From IMG/VR virus record IMGVR_UViG_3300034063_001922, positions 1-64,000 of that record: a DNA stretch of 64,000 nucleotides, one strand, 5' to 3'. Below, one piece after another: positions 36,202 to 46,155 of this stretch. The translations under genes and the position numbers were made by a program. This stretch comes from a virus. Under the pieces are notes generated by a model that worked only from the letters and a program-made list of their open reading frames with translations, was not told the origin of the DNA and searched no databases. Positions within the stretch are counted from its first letter, which is position 1. The number at the start of each line of letters is the position of its first letter.

Positions 36202-37791
36202 TCATTCTATGTCGCATAAACTTGCTACATGGCGCTCTAACCATTCAGAATTCTCGAAAGATGCGCCAAGGAAACTGGCACCCGAGAAATCAGTTCCGCC
36301 AACTTCTTTAAGGGATTGCAATTTCGCACCGGCGAACAATGCACCTTGCAAGGATGATCCCTTAATTGATGTACCAGACAGAATAGCATTAGTAAAGTCT
36401 GCTCCAATTGCTTTTACGCCATTCAGCTGAGCTCCGCTCAAGTTTGAGCCCCTAAATGAACTATTGCCGATGAGGGAGCTTGAAAAGTTACAGCGAAATA
36501 ATTCGGCGCCGTCAAAGACCACATTTTTTGCAAATACATTGATAAACTTCGCTGCATGCAGTTGTGTGCCACGGAAGCTAGTACGAGTTAGTTTTGCTCC
36601 ACTAAACTTTGCAGCTTTGCATGAGCTGTCGTCAAAAATAGCGTCGTGGAGTTTTGCCATTTTAAAATTTGAATCGCCAAGATCTGCCGAGGAGAAATCA
36701 CAATTTTTGAACGATGACCTTTGCAATACAGCCTTTGTCATGTGTGTTCTTCTGAATGAGGACCCGTCAAAAGTGGAATCACTAAGATTGCTCATTGTCA
36801 GATCAGCATTGTCAAATACCCATTGCTCAAGGTTGAGCCTGCTAAGATTTATAAACCGAAGGTTAGCATTTCTTAAGTCACCAGGAAAGCCTGCATCTAA
36901 ATGAGAAGCAACCTCCTCAATAGCTCTACGAACTATTGCATGAGACTCTTGAAGTCTCCAAAGCAGTTGTAGGAGGCTTGATCGCGATTCACAGCTATCG
37001 GCAGATGGGTAGACAATGGCAACTGCTGATTTCCTCTTGGATTCACCCAACTGTATTTCAACTGCATCCTCAGAGGCCAGGATTTCTTTTACACCTTGAA
37101 TATTTAAACCGATTACTGTGGCGATATTGTCGATTGGCTCGTTGATTGTTATTAGTTTTGCTATCAGCAAGATTTCTTGCCTGCGAATAGCAATCGTGGC
37201 ATCGCGGAGTGTCTTAAGTGTTGCGCCCCCAGTGGTCTTCAAGCTAGCTATTATTGTGTCAACGACTTGATTATCGGACTCTGACTGAAGAGCGTCGACC
37301 AGGAAAGTTGTCGATTCCGGATACTCTCCGATTGCACGGGCAGCGGCTACTCGGCTCCTGGGATTCTCGCTGCCAAACTGCTGCAATAAATGCGAAATTC
37401 GTTCTTGCCTGCTTTGCAATCGTTGCTGGTTCTGACTTGCAATCTGAAGGCGTTGGGCACGTGTAGCACTCCAGGCTGAAATCGCTGCCGCCAAAAGAGC
37501 AGAGAACAATGTGCCGAACTGAAGAAACAGCGTGTATCGGCCCGTGCCTCTATCGTACTCTAGCTTATCAATTTCGGCTCGAAGTTTTTCTAGCTCTAGC
37601 TTGTCTCGCTTATCCTTGTATGTGATTATCGTGCTGTTTGTGAAATTATGAGCCGGCTGCTTTGGAGGGTCGGCTGGCTTGCCCCAATCTGGTTTTTTCG
37701 GAGATGGTTGCGGCAATGCTGGATGAATGAATGAGAAGCCAGCAAACCCAGCAATGAGAGTGGCGCAAGCGGATGCGAGGTTGATGCCCAT
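36202..37791 (-). CDS. Membrane-anchored pentapeptide-repeat protein with HEAT-like segment
   Basis: Signal/TM segments; RVAAARAIG; long A(D/N)Lxx / xxFxx repeat array. Confidence 0.85.
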   Translation of the reverse strand: MGINLASACATLIAGFAGFSFIHPALPQPSPKKPDWGKPADPPKQPAHNFTNSTIITYKDKRDKLELEKLRAEIDKLEYDRGTGRYTLFLQFGTLFSALLAAAISAWSATRAQRLQIASQNQQRLQSRQERISHLLQQFGSENPRSRVAAARAIGEYPESTTFLVDALQSESDNQVVDTIIASLKTTGGATLKTLRDATIAIRRQEILLIAKLITINEPIDNIATVIGLNIQGVKEILASEDAVEIQLGESKRKSAVAIVYPSADSCESRSSLLQLLWRLQESHAIVRRAIEEVASHLDAGFPGDLRNANLRFINLSRLNLEQWVFDNADLTMSNLSDSTFDGSSFRRTHMTKAVLQRSSFKNCDFSSADLGDSNFKMAKLHDAIFDDSSCKAAKFSGAKLTRTSFRGTQLHAAKFINVFAKNVVFDGAELFRCNFSSSLIGNSSFRGSNLSGAQLNGVKAIGADFTNAILSGTSIKGSSLQGALFAGAKLQSLKEVGGTDFSGASFLGASFENSEWLERHVASLCDIE

Positions 37792-38132
37792 TTGTTTCGT
37801 CCAGGAATAGACATGCTCAATAGCCAGCTGTCGCAAGCTATTCGTTTGATGCTTCTGTAAGCCACAAGTGCTCTGCCGCTCCCTTCCGAGAAGCGTTTTG
37901 CGCAAGCATGCGCTACCTGGTTTGACCCCAATGCAGGCACGGCTTTATTAGCAGACCTCGCTATCTGTAGCAATGGTTCTCAGGTCCGTGAACCAAAAGT
38001 TCAAGCGGTGAAACAATGCCTAGGCGTCTGCTCCACTTATCTGGCCACTGCTCAGCTGGTTCGTGCTGATCCCCGACAGGGCACGAGCATCCGTTGGCAA
38101 AAGTTTGCACCCCCCAGCGCAATATCGCCACA

Positions 38133-39695
38133 GTGCCCCAAAACACCATCTCGCATGTAGCCAGGATCTCTCCCCCCTGGCAAGCACACCCCACCCTGAC
38201 CGCCCTGCAGCCCTCCCTACAGATCACCGCCGACTGTTGGGCCCTGCTGGCAGCCCCTGACGGCAGCAGCCGCAAGGAGCACTACCTGCCCAAGGGCGAA
38301 CGGGAGCCGGAGACGGCCTACCGCAAGCGCCTCGACGCCGCCCGCCCCTCGGGCTTCTTCCGTGATGCCCTACGCACTTACGCCGGCATGCTCAGCCGAG
38401 GCAGCTGGATCAGCCTCCCGGCAAGCCTGGCTTCAGTGCTCACCGACGTCGATGGCCGGGGCACGGACCTGGGCGTGTTCCTCGCCGCTGCTGACCTGCT
38501 GGTGCTGCGCGATGGCGCGGCCCTGGTGCTGGTGCTGCCGCCTGAGCACAGCTGGCCCAGCGAGGGCGACCGGCAGGAGGCCCTCCGCTGTGGCGACCGC
38601 CTTTCGCTGCCCCGCCTGCAGCTGGTGCCCAGGGCTAACTGCCTGAACTGGGAGCTGCCGGTGTCGTACGGCCTGCCGGGGCTGATTATCTGGCGGGAAC
38701 CGGTGAACCTGCCGATCAGCACTGAGGCCCCCGGCAGCGAGGGCGCTGTCACTGAGCAGATCCAGGCCCTGCTGGGTGATGCCGATGCCCCAGACCGCTG
38801 GCACTACCGCAGCCTGCAGCTGCTCACGGCCGGAGATGCGATCCCGGGTCTGCAGCTGGCCCACCACCCGGTCTGCGCCGACCCCCAGGCCACCAGCGGC
38901 TGGCGTTGCGATGAGCCGGTGGTCACCACGTTTGATGGCATCCACCGGCTACCGGCCTGCTGGTACACCTCCGATGGCTCGGCCTTCGGTGAGGGCGACT
39001 TGCCCCACCTGGGCCTGGCGCATCAGTACCTCAACCACTTCCGCTGCAAGAGCGAGTACGAGGAGCTGCTGAGCCGCACAGCTCTTCCCGTTGGCGTCAG
39101 GAAGGGGATGGTGGATGCCATGGGCAACAGCCAGGCCGGCCCAGTGGTGCTGGGCCCCAACACCTGCATGGATCTGCCGGCCGATGCGTCCTTTGAGTTC
39201 GTGGAGATCCGGGCTCGATCGCTGGCCGAGCACCGGGCCTGGCTGCAGATCCTCGATGACACCATGCGCCGCGATGCGCTGATCCCATCTCAGAACCGCG
39301 GTGCGGCCCGCACCGAGATGGAGATCAGCCTCACGGCCTCCCAGAGCTATGCCCTGCTGCAGGCGATGGCGATCCAGAAGGCGTCGCTGTTCTCGACCCT
39401 CCTGCAGCACTGGTGTGCCCTCACCGGTGAGCCCCTCGACCCCGGTGCCGGGCTGCAGGTGACGGTCAGCCCGCTCACCCCACCGATCCAGCCCCAGCCG
39501 CAGGTGAAGGAGTGGATCGAGCTCTTTGACAAGGGGGTGATTAGCCGGGAGGAGCTCCGCCACCAGCTGGCCCTGGCGACAGCCAATGCGATCAGCAGCC
39601 CGACGCTGGATGACAGCCCGGCAACCAAGGCTGGGGAGGACTCGGCGTCGGTGCCCCTCAGGCAAGAGGAGTCAGCCGCGTCTGCAGCCGCATGA
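38133..39695 (+). CDS. Phage portal protein (DUF4055-like)
   Basis: YLPKGEREPETAYRKRL, DVDGRGTDL; homologue at 2248-3825; GTG 38133 chosen as start. Confidence 0.8.
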   Translation: MPQNTISHVARISPPWQAHPTLTALQPSLQITADCWALLAAPDGSSRKEHYLPKGEREPETAYRKRLDAARPSGFFRDALRTYAGMLSRGSWISLPASLASVLTDVDGRGTDLGVFLAAADLLVLRDGAALVLVLPPEHSWPSEGDRQEALRCGDRLSLPRLQLVPRANCLNWELPVSYGLPGLIIWREPVNLPISTEAPGSEGAVTEQIQALLGDADAPDRWHYRSLQLLTAGDAIPGLQLAHHPVCADPQATSGWRCDEPVVTTFDGIHRLPACWYTSDGSAFGEGDLPHLGLAHQYLNHFRCKSEYEELLSRTALPVGVRKGMVDAMGNSQAGPVVLGPNTCMDLPADASFEFVEIRARSLAEHRAWLQILDDTMRRDALIPSQNRGAARTEMEISLTASQSYALLQAMAIQKASLFSTLLQHWCALTGEPLDPGAGLQVTVSPLTPPIQPQPQVKEWIELFDKGVISREELRHQLALATANAISSPTLDDSPATKAGEDSASVPLRQEESAASAAA

Positions 39696-40210
39696 GCCAG
39701 ACCCCCACTGAATCCGCTTACCGCTGGCGAGCTGCTGACCTGGAGGGCATCCGCGTTGCCCTCTCGATCCCGGCCCGCCTGCCGGCCATCCGCGCCATCA
39801 ACGACGCGATGGCGGAGCTGGAGCAGCTCTACCCCGACGCCATCCCCACCGCCCGGCGGGAACTGGATGCGATCGCTGCCATCGACACCGAGCTTGCGGG
39901 GCTGACCCCGGATCAGCTGCAGGCGCCGATCGAGACCCGCCGCAAGGCCGCCAGCCCCGACGCCCTCCCGGAGGACGGGACGCTGCCGGTCAAGAAGGCA
40001 GACGTGATCGAGTTCGACACCGAACTGCTGCGGGAGGAGACGATCACCCGTTACGGCAGTGGGCTCTCGATCGAGGCAGCCCTGCGGCGCCAGCGGGGGA
40101 GCCATGCCCGGGCCCTGCTGCTGCTCCTGCCGACCCTGGAGAGCTGGAGCCGCGACCCACAGCTGGGCAACCATGGCAGCGCCTTCACCACGGTGCTGGC
40201 GCGGGGCTGA
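39692..40210 (+). CDS. Putative head-tail adaptor
   Basis: Follows portal; VKKADVIEFD motif; homologue at 1734-2231. Confidence 0.55.
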   Translation: MSQTPTESAYRWRAADLEGIRVALSIPARLPAIRAINDAMAELEQLYPDAIPTARRELDAIAAIDTELAGLTPDQLQAPIETRRKAASPDALPEDGTLPVKKADVIEFDTELLREETITRYGSGLSIEAALRRQRGSHARALLLLLPTLESWSRDPQLGNHGSAFTTVLARG

Positions 40211-40213
40211 GCC

Positions 40214-41269
40214 ATGACGCTCACCCCTGGCCCTGCGGCTTTGCCCCCGTCGGTGCTGCAGCCCTACGCGAATGCCCGGCTGCTCCTCACCATCCACCAG
40301 CTGCCTGGGCGTTTTGATTCGCCGCGCCTGGGCCGGATGGTCTGCGAGGCCTTCCTCAAGCGCGGGCGCATGGTGGGCGAGAGCAGCAGCGGCCTTGGCA
40401 TCGACAGCGGTGACTTCCTCTACTCGGGCTATCTCTGCCGCTCGACCTTGCTCGACGCCCAGCCCAGCAATCCCTGGGACTGGCTGACGGCCGGTATCGC
40501 CTGGAGCGAGGTCGGTTTCCGGCCGCCCCTGGCGGATGGCCGCTGCTGTGAGGCGCCTGCCCAGGGCGCCATCTGGCTGGGCTCCCTGGCTGCGCTGCAA
40601 TCTCCCGGGGTGCTGCCGCCAACCGGCCGGGGCCAGCTGGCCGGTCTCACCGTGACCGAGTTCGCGGGACCCTTCGGGGCTGGCGGCATCGGGTCGCTGA
40701 CGCAGCCGCTGCTGGGTGAGCGGCTGGAGCTGGTGCTCAAGCCCAACCGCATCGCCCTGGTGCAAGCCGGCGACACCCTTCTCTCGCTCGCTGAGCGCTA
40801 CGGCACCACACCCGAGACGCTTCGCTCGCTGAACAGCGACATCAGCGCCAACACCGTGATCACGACCGCTGCGGGCGACACGCTGAACAGCCTGGCCCAG
40901 CTGCATGGCACCACCGTCAGCTGGCTGCGGGATCAGCCCGAGAACGCCTGGCTGCTGCGTCCCGAGGGCCACACCGTCGCCGCAGGCGACACCCTCACCT
41001 TGGTGGCCCAGATGTACGGGACGACCCGATCGACACTGCGCAAGCTCAACCCCACCTACGCCGACTACCGGGAGTGGCCCGGCGATGCCCCGTTGCCGCT
41101 GGGGGAGGTGCTGAATCTGTTTGCGATCAGGCCTTCCGACATCCTGCTGGCAGGAGAGCCGCTGCTGGTGCCGCTGTATCGACCTTCTACGCCGCTGCCC
41201 GCCGGCGGCTGGTTATTCCTGCCGCGGCGCCGGGCAGCAGCCAGCGCGTCTCCGGAACCGGATCTGTAG
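40214..41269 (+). CDS. Putative virion protein with three nested LysM domains
   Basis: AGDTL x3 followed by three PLPxG-type closing strands. Confidence 0.8.
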   Translation: MTLTPGPAALPPSVLQPYANARLLLTIHQLPGRFDSPRLGRMVCEAFLKRGRMVGESSSGLGIDSGDFLYSGYLCRSTLLDAQPSNPWDWLTAGIAWSEVGFRPPLADGRCCEAPAQGAIWLGSLAALQSPGVLPPTGRGQLAGLTVTEFAGPFGAGGIGSLTQPLLGERLELVLKPNRIALVQAGDTLLSLAERYGTTPETLRSLNSDISANTVITTAAGDTLNSLAQLHGTTVSWLRDQPENAWLLRPEGHTVAAGDTLTLVAQMYGTTRSTLRKLNPTYADYREWPGDAPLPLGEVLNLFAIRPSDILLAGEPLLVPLYRPSTPLPAGGWLFLPRRRAAASASPEPDL

Positions 41270-41281
41270 CTCACACCAGCG

Positions 41282-41290
41282 TGGCAATAG
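41282..41290 (+). promoter_or_regulatory. TGGCAATAG motif upstream of scaffold gene
   Basis: Intergenic, 53 nt before the ATG. Confidence 0.55.
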
Positions 41291-41343
41291 GTCGTGAGCA
41301 CAGCCCGGATGGGGTGCTCACTCCACGACAGCCGCGATGGGTC

Positions 41344-42240
41344 ATGGCCACTGCCACTGCTTCCTCCACCTCCAGCACTGCCGCCGCCAGCGGCCAGGGC
41401 GCTGACGACAACTACGCCGCCACCGGCCAGCCCGGTGAATCCACGGCAGCCGGTGGCCCCACGGGCGACCCCAACGGCGCCGGCAGCCAGGCCGGTTCAA
41501 CCGCCAGCGGCGGCGACAGCTTCGGCGCTGCAGCATCCGAGGCCGGTGCTCCCCCGCTGGACGACAACCGCCTCTCCGATCCCCTGCGGGCCGAACGGCG
41601 CAAGAGCAACCAGCTCGAAAAAGAGATCCGCACCCTGCGGCAGCAGCTGAACCGCTTCTCGGAGATCAACCCCGAGGAGTACGCCCGCCTGCAGGAGGCC
41701 GAACGCCAGAAGCAGATCCTCGAGCAGCAGATGGAGCTGCGCGAACGGCAGATGGAGGAGGCTTCCGCCCAGAAGGTGGCAGCAGTGGCTGCCGAGCGTG
41801 ATGAAGCCAAACAGCAGGTGCTGCAGCTCCGCAAGGATCGTCTTCTGGAGCGTGCCTTCTCCCAGGCCGAGGGCCGCACCGGTGGTGACGCCAGGGGCAC
41901 GTTCTTCGACATCTTCAAGGGGCAGCTGGGCACCTGCTTCCGCCTCAGCACCGGCGGCGATGGCAAGGACGTGCTCGAACCCCTCGACGGGCAGGGCAAA
42001 CCCCTGCTGGGTGATGACGGCCGGCCGATGACCACGACCGAGTTCCTCGATCAGATGCGCGTGCATCCCGTCTACGGCTTCCTCTTCCAGCAGCGGGGCC
42101 CGGCCGGCATGCAGGCCGCTGGTGGGCTGACGGTGTCGGGTATCGGCAGCAACGGCGAACCGATCAACCCCCAGGCGATGTCGGCGTCAGAGCTCTACCG
42201 GGCCTCGTTCGCGGTCAACGGCCGCGGTGCTCGTCGCTGA
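41344..42240 (+). CDS. Capsid scaffolding protein
   Basis: Low-complexity N-terminus, coiled coil (LRAERRK...INPEEY), HPVYGFLF; upstream of MCP. Confidence 0.7.
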   Translation: MATATASSTSSTAAASGQGADDNYAATGQPGESTAAGGPTGDPNGAGSQAGSTASGGDSFGAAASEAGAPPLDDNRLSDPLRAERRKSNQLEKEIRTLRQQLNRFSEINPEEYARLQEAERQKQILEQQMELRERQMEEASAQKVAAVAAERDEAKQQVLQLRKDRLLERAFSQAEGRTGGDARGTFFDIFKGQLGTCFRLSTGGDGKDVLEPLDGQGKPLLGDDGRPMTTTEFLDQMRVHPVYGFLFQQRGPAGMQAAGGLTVSGIGSNGEPINPQAMSASELYRASFAVNGRGARR

Positions 42241-42256
42241 GACACCAGGCACCCTG

Positions 42257-42733
42257 ATGGCACGTCGGCCGCGCAGCTTCTACGCCGGACTCTCCTTTCG
42301 GCCGCCAGCCCCTGTGGCCGCTGCCGCCCGTCGTGCCCTGGAGCGCCGGGCGCAGCAACCCCCTTCGAACCGCGGCATGACCCCGGTGGGGCTGGCCCGC
42401 GCCCGGCAGTTGCTCCACCGGCAGGAGCTCTCCCCCCAGACGATCGATCGGATGGTGAGCTACTTCGCCCGTCACGAAGTCGACAAGCAGGGCTCCAGCT
42501 GGGAGACCTACGGCAAGGGCCGTCAGGCCTGGGATGGCTGGGGCGGCGACCCCGGCCGCCGCTGGGCCAAGGCGCTCGCGCGCCGGATGGACTCGCTGGA
42601 GCGATCCTCCGTCCGTTCACCAACTGCCACTCAGCAGCGACGAGGTCGAGGATCACACTCACCCAATCAACGGATCCACGCACCGATCAACCAATCACCA
42701 CCAACCCCGAGAACCAATCACGGGAGAAAATGA
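42257..42733 (+). CDS. Conserved phage head-module protein of unknown function
   Basis: VGLARARQL...RMVSYFARHEVDK...AWDGWGGD.GRRWA, a domain often seen in head morphogenesis genes. Confidence 0.65.
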   Translation: MARRPRSFYAGLSFRPPAPVAAAARRALERRAQQPPSNRGMTPVGLARARQLLHRQELSPQTIDRMVSYFARHEVDKQGSSWETYGKGRQAWDGWGGDPGRRWAKALARRMDSLERSSVRSPTATQQRRGRGSHSPNQRIHAPINQSPPTPRTNHGRK

Positions 42734-42821
42734 ATGTTGATCCAAGGGGGGTATACCCCAAAAAACTAAAAACACGCGCCGACTGCCTCGAAAATTTCTC
42801 AGGTTCTGGGCAATCCCCCTC

Positions 42822-43196
42822 TCAGCCTCTGCTGTCCTGATCGGCTACCAGCAGCAGGCCGCCGATGATCGCCAGGTTCTTGAACAGCTGAATTCGCTCC
42901 ATCTTGTCCGCCACATCCCCGTGGAAGATCAGCGTCGTGGGAATCAGGAACAGCAGCAGCAACACCACACCCAGCCGTGCCCTCCAGCCGCTGATCACCA
43001 GGGCTGAGCCCACCGCCATCAGGACCATGGCCGCCACCAGCAGCAGCGGCGCCAGCGGCAGTCCCTTGGCGGCGATGGCGCCTGCCACACCGGCAAAGCC
43101 CGTCAGCTTGCCGATCACGGCATTCACGAACACCAGGCAAAGCAGCACGCGGGCGATGCGGTTGAGCAGGGGCGGTCGGCGGCTCTGCTGGTTCAT
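42822..43196 (-). CDS. DoxX-family membrane protein
   Basis: RIARVLLCLVFV.AVIGKL...TTLIFH...FKNLAIIGGLL. Confidence 0.85.
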   Translation of the reverse strand: MNQQSRRPPLLNRIARVLLCLVFVNAVIGKLTGFAGVAGAIAAKGLPLAPLLLVAAMVLMAVGSALVISGWRARLGVVLLLLFLIPTTLIFHGDVADKMERIQLFKNLAIIGGLLLVADQDSRG

Positions 43197-43320
43197 GAGG
43201 GGGCGAGGTCTGCTGGGGGCATTGTGTGGTCGCCAGCCTGCTGCTGTGGGCCAGCAGCAGGCTGGCCCCGGCGAGCGCTCACCCGCCGGGGCGCTGCCAG
43301 GGGCCCGCAGGCCCCGAGGC

Positions 43321-43536
43321 TCAGAGCACCGCCACGGTGCCGAGGCGCCGGGCCTGGAGCTTGCGGGCCCAGAAGTGAGCGCGCTCAGCCGGGATGAAGC
43401 GGGGCTTTTTGACCGGCTTGCCGCGGCGGCCATAGAAGACCGTGATGCGCTCGGCATCGGCGGCCTTGATCCCACCGGGATAGACGAACACCGCCAGCTG
43501 GCGGATTTCGCAGCGGGGAGAGAAGGAGGCCATCAC
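43321..43536 (-). CDS. Small basic hypothetical protein
   Basis: Compact ORF downstream of a hairpin element. Confidence 0.55.
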   Translation of the reverse strand: MMASFSPRCEIRQLAVFVYPGGIKAADAERITVFYGRRGKPVKKPRFIPAERAHFWARKLQARRLGTVAVL

Positions 43537-43563
43537 AAGGAAGGCGAGGGACGTCCGCGATCA

Positions 43564-43638
43564 GCCCCGGCTTGCCCCTGGAGGCAAGGACCGCGCAGCG
43601 GCCCGGCCTGATCCTTGCCGCCTGGGGCGGGCTGGGGC
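43564..43638. promoter_or_regulatory. Long hairpin element (GGCAAGGA...GCGCAGCG...TCCTTGCC)
   Basis: Extended inverted repeat upstream of 43321-43536. Confidence 0.5.
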
Positions 43639-43772
43639 AGCGGTGCTCAGGCCCTCGCCGACCGTGATCCTCCCGATCCCGCTCGTGCTGAATCCCTCTG
43701 CCAGTGGGCTCGTGTGACCCGGCGGATCAGCACCCTGCCTCAGCCGTGCCGTCGTCCATGGCTGCAGCGACC

Positions 43773-43799
43773 AAAAAAAGAGGCCCCCTGGGGAGCCCC
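43773..43799 (-). terminator. Rho-independent terminator
   Basis: GC hairpin followed by T7 on the minus strand, after ORF 43815-44000. Confidence 0.65.
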
Positions 43800-43814
43800 G
43801 CCCGGCTGCTGGCC

Positions 43815-44000
43815 TCAGAAGGGAATGAGCGCCTCGATCGCTGGATCAACCCGCATGGCCGGGGCAGCTGCCTGCTGCTCGAACAGCACCTGGGCCGCCA
43901 GCTCAGCAAGCCGTGGCCAGCGCGCGCTGCAGAACGCCAGATCTTCCAGCACCTGCCAGGAGAACTGCTGCAGCTGGATCTTGCGGGAAAGAGAGGCCAT
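43815..44000 (-). CDS. Small hypothetical protein
   Basis: ORF with its own upstream hairpin and downstream terminator. Confidence 0.5.
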   Translation of the reverse strand: MASLSRKIQLQQFSWQVLEDLAFCSARWPRLAELAAQVLFEQQAAAPAMRVDPAIEALIPF

Positions 44001-44042
44001 GGGAGGGCTCCGCGTAGGACCCCTCAGCCGGCGGGGGGCGGG

Positions 44043-44119
44043 TCAAGGGCCCGTCCACAACTGGGATGCGGAGCGCAGCGCAGCCAACGTCCACACCGGC
44101 GGGCTCGTATCACCCTTGA
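44043..44119. promoter_or_regulatory. Hairpin element, homologous to 55319-55397
   Basis: TCAAGGG...GCGGAGCGCAGCG.AGCC.AACGTCCA...CCCTTGA. Confidence 0.55.
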
Positions 44120-44202
44120 GGCGCCCCCCGACCATGAGGAGGGCCGGAGCGGAGCCCCATCGAGAGCCGGTGGTCGCACAACCGCTGAGTTGCTCACCCG
44201 CA

Positions 44203-44211
44203 TGGCAATAG
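44203..44211 (+). promoter_or_regulatory. TGGCAATAG motif upstream of major capsid gene
   Basis: Intergenic, 43 nt before the ATG. Confidence 0.6.
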
Positions 44212-44254
44212 CCGGTGACGTGATCTGGGGCCGGGCCCCGGGAGTGCAGCACCG

Positions 44255-45172
44255 ATGGGCCTCACCCTGATCGAGGCAGCCAAGTACGAGACCCGCCTGG
44301 AGCACCTGGCGGTGATCAAGACCTTCGCTGAGGGCGAACTGCTCAGCTGGCTGCCGTTCATGAACATCGCCGGCGGCGGCCTCTTCTATTCCGTCGAGAA
44401 GGAGCTCCCCTCGGTGGGCTTCCGGGCCGTGAACGAGGGCTACAAGCAGAGCTACGGCGTCGTCGATCCCCAGTCAGAGGCCGTGCACCTCTTCGGGGGT
44501 GACGTGGATGTGGACCGCTCGATCGTTGACCTGCAGGGCCCGGAGGCCCGTGCTGCTCAGACCGAGATGAAGGTCCGCTCGATGCGGCTAACGCTGGAGG
44601 CCGCCTTGATCAATGGCGACGCCACCGCCAGTCAGGGCCGGGGCTTTGATGGCCTGGCCAAGCGCCTGATGCCCGGCAGCGAGATGGCGCTGAACAACGG
44701 TGGCGGGGCGCTCGATTTCGACAAGCTCGATGAGCTGATCGACTCGGTCAATTCCTACGGCGGCAAGAAGTACTTGGTGATGAGCAAGGCGATGCGCCGC
44801 CAGCTCAATGCCCTCGCCCGCGCCACCGTCGGCCAAGGCGTCTACAACGTCTCCACCAACAACCTGGGCGTGATGGTGCATCACTACCAGGAGTGCCAGA
44901 TCCTCACGGTTGACCGCGACGCCCAGGGCCTCGAAGTCCTCGGGTACGGGGAAGCGGGCGGCACCAGCTCCATCTACTGCTGCACCTTTGGCGACCAGGC
45001 CGTCACCGGACTGCAGGGACCGTTCCAGGGCCGCTACGGCATCTCCGTGCGCGACCTCGGTGAAGTCCCCGATGCCCCTGTCTTCCGTACCCGGATCGAT
45101 TGGTACGTGGGCTTTGGCGTCATGCACCCCCGCGCCGCCGGCCGGCTGCACAGCATCGCACCCATTTCCTGA
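44255..45172 (+). CDS. Major capsid protein (HK97 fold, epsilon15 gp7-like)
   Basis: LTLIEAAK...LPFMNI.G....Y..E..LPSVGFRAVNEGY...FGGDVDVDR...INGD...FDGLAKR...RTRIDWYVG. Confidence 0.9.
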   Translation: MGLTLIEAAKYETRLEHLAVIKTFAEGELLSWLPFMNIAGGGLFYSVEKELPSVGFRAVNEGYKQSYGVVDPQSEAVHLFGGDVDVDRSIVDLQGPEARAAQTEMKVRSMRLTLEAALINGDATASQGRGFDGLAKRLMPGSEMALNNGGGALDFDKLDELIDSVNSYGGKKYLVMSKAMRRQLNALARATVGQGVYNVSTNNLGVMVHHYQECQILTVDRDAQGLEVLGYGEAGGTSSIYCCTFGDQAVTGLQGPFQGRYGISVRDLGEVPDAPVFRTRIDWYVGFGVMHPRAAGRLHSIAPIS

Positions 45173-45207
45173 CCGCCACTCCGTACCCCTTCCTTGGAGA
45201 CCGACCG

Positions 45208-45645
45208 ATGACTCCCCTCAAGGCCAATCCCCTCCTCGATGCCGCCACCGTGCTGGTGGGCTGGACCAACCGCTCCGCCACCCGTGACACCGAGAAGGTA
45301 TTCACCAGCGGTGAGGTGGTGAAACTCAACACCAAGCTCGATGCCACCGCCCAGTTCTCCCTGCTGGTGTCCCACCCGGGCCACAGCGCTGCGGTGACGG
45401 TGGTGCTGCACCTGGCGCCCCAGCTGCGCGACGGCACCCGCGGCACCTTCATCCCGGTGGCCACCGTTGCCGTGCCAGCGGAAGGCGGTCGGGTGGAGGC
45501 CTACATCAGCGGCCACGACATTCTGCTGGATGCCGTCGATGCCGATAACGCCGACCTACCGGCGCTCTGCTTCGCGAAAGCTGTCGTTACCCCTTCCACG
45601 CCCGAGGGGATGGTCGTCGGCCTGACCGCCACGCTGCCGGCCTGA
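45208..45645 (+). CDS. Putative capsid cement/decoration protein
   Basis: 145-aa beta-rich protein directly after MCP. Confidence 0.5.
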   Translation: MTPLKANPLLDAATVLVGWTNRSATRDTEKVFTSGEVVKLNTKLDATAQFSLLVSHPGHSAAVTVVLHLAPQLRDGTRGTFIPVATVAVPAEGGRVEAYISGHDILLDAVDADNADLPALCFAKAVVTPSTPEGMVVGLTATLPA

Positions 45646-45647
45646 CC

Positions 45648-46145
45648 ATGAACCACTCCCCCATGGCCGGAATCGCTGTCCAGGGACCTCTTCCGGCCGG
45701 GATGCTGCGCATCCGGCAAGGCAGCCAGGAGCGCTACGTCTGGCCGGTGCATCTGCCCGGCTGGCTGGGGCTCGGCTGGCGTGTGGCCGGGGCTGAGGCA
45801 ACAGCCGGAGCCCCAACGATTGGGGTCGCCGCAGCAGAACCGCCGGCTCCCATCGCCGCAGATGGAAGCCAGCTGCTGGAGCCGGACGATGCAAAACCTG
45901 CATCAACCCGCGGCCGGCGCGGCCGGCGCCGCAAGGAGGAGCCGGAACAGCCACCCGCCGGGGGTGAGGCCCACCCGGAAGAAACCGGGACGACCCCTGA
46001 GGCGGACGCGGCCGACTCCGAGCACCCGGCAGCCCCTGAGGCTCCAGAGGAGGCAGGCACCACGCCTCGCGATGACTCCACCACAGACGGGGGCGACGCG
46101 CTGAGCGCCCTGCCCGATGACCTCTTCTCCGACCCGTTGATCTGA
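45648..46145 (+). CDS. Hypothetical protein with acidic disordered tail
   Basis: In structural operon; short folded N-terminus. Confidence 0.55.
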   Translation: MNHSPMAGIAVQGPLPAGMLRIRQGSQERYVWPVHLPGWLGLGWRVAGAEATAGAPTIGVAAAEPPAPIAADGSQLLEPDDAKPASTRGRRGRRRKEEPEQPPAGGEAHPEETGTTPEADAADSEHPAAPEAPEEAGTTPRDDSTTDGGDALSALPDDLFSDPLI

Positions 46146-46155
46146 TCCCCTCGCC

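Noticed and set aside
34337-38090. attC sites around element B cargo
   Set aside because: No AAC...GTT-bounded inverted repeats with attC spacing found by eye at the gene ends
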